From positions 68,049 to 132,048 of the forward strand of contig CANSRZ010000002.1 in the NCBI GenBank assembly GCA_947649575.1: a DNA stretch of 64,000 bases, read 5' to 3'. Below are positions 63,871 to 64,000 of the stretch, piece after piece; positions within the stretch are counted from its first letter, which is position 1; each line of letters begins with the position of its first letter. The DNA is from an uncultured Clostridia bacterium (GTDB lineage: Bacteria > Bacillota > Clostridia > Christensenellales > UBA1242). Position numbers and translations under genes: made by a program. The notes below the pieces were generated by a model. The model worked only from the letters and a program-made list of their open reading frames with translations. It was not told the DNA's origin and did not search any database.

Positions 63871-64000
63871 ATGCAGTTTGAGAAAGAAAAACAAGAACTT
63901 TTGAAAGCTCTGCCAGACTTGCCAGATTATAGCGGAATTTATATCTTAACTCGTGAAGAAAACGGATTTAAGTATGCGTATATCGGGCAAGCAAAGAATA
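63871..64000 (+). CDS. GIY-YIG nuclease domain protein, N-terminal 43 codons (continues beyond the right edge)
   Basis: AGGAG RBS. MQFEKEKQELLKALPDLPDYSGIYILTREENGFKYAYIGQAKN carries the GIY...YIG signature. Confidence 0.6.
   Translation, partial: MQFEKEKQELLKALPDLPDYSGIYILTREENGFKYAYIGQAKN

Larger units (their letters stand above)
55432..64000. mobile_element. Integrated temperate siphovirus-like prophage (left end; continues beyond the window)
   Basis: att-like tRNA fragment, integrase, S24 repressor / Cro-like switch, Gp157-Rad52-SSB-NinB recombination module, and replication module, all co-oriented. Confidence 0.88.

Noticed and set aside
1-64000. Search for CRISPR arrays, rRNA operons, retron/DGR-type reverse transcriptases and IS transposases
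   Set aside because: No direct repeats with regular unique spacers were found. The P1 palindromes and the 12-bp tandem array do not fit CRISPR geometry. No rRNA-like segments, RT motifs (YxDD) or DDE/Y1 transposase ORFs were seen in either strand.

Overview
AT-rich Firmicutes (Clostridia-like) chromosome segment spanning the replication origin; sporulation-associated genes such as a cwlD-like amidase and Spo0A_C-domain proteins are present. Positions 1-39.6 kb are an almost unbroken minus-strand array of origin-proximal housekeeping genes: gltX (partial), dnaB, typA, rdgB, pflA, pflB, a tRNA-Met, rubrerythrin, parB/parA, rsmG, mnmG, mnmE, jag, yidC, yidD, rnpA, rpmH, dut, dnaN and dnaA. recF follows, then mixed-strand accessory genes: a tandem kinase-like protein, an amidase, a tail-fibre-like orphan with an integrase, an SPT-like acyltransferase with an SDR, murC and cadC-cadA. 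From about 55.43 kb to the right edge lies an integrated siphovirus-type prophage next to a tRNA 3' fragment (lysogeny, recombination and replication modules visible). Most noteworthy observations: (1) a 1250-aa DUF4011-type SF1 helicase fused to a Vsr-like nuclease (Hhe-like) sits between pflB and pflA, bracketed by repeats. (2) A previously unrecognised composite palindromic element occurs in 7 copies, always starting 4-17 nt after stop codons or as convergent pairs. (3) The prophage carries an antisense Zn-ribbon + DUF4145/HEPN-like (Rx4H) gene. (4) A textbook oriC core (DnaA-box array, DnaA-trios, AT-rich DUE) lies between dnaA and dnaN, but the dnaA-dnaN block is inverted relative to rpmH and recF. 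(5) Three parS sites are clustered. (6) A G9/C9 tract fills a promoter spacer. (7) Three promoters share a leaderless-mRNA geometry. (8) Two standalone Spo0A_C paralogs are present. All functional calls rest on motif recognition by eye. No database search was run.
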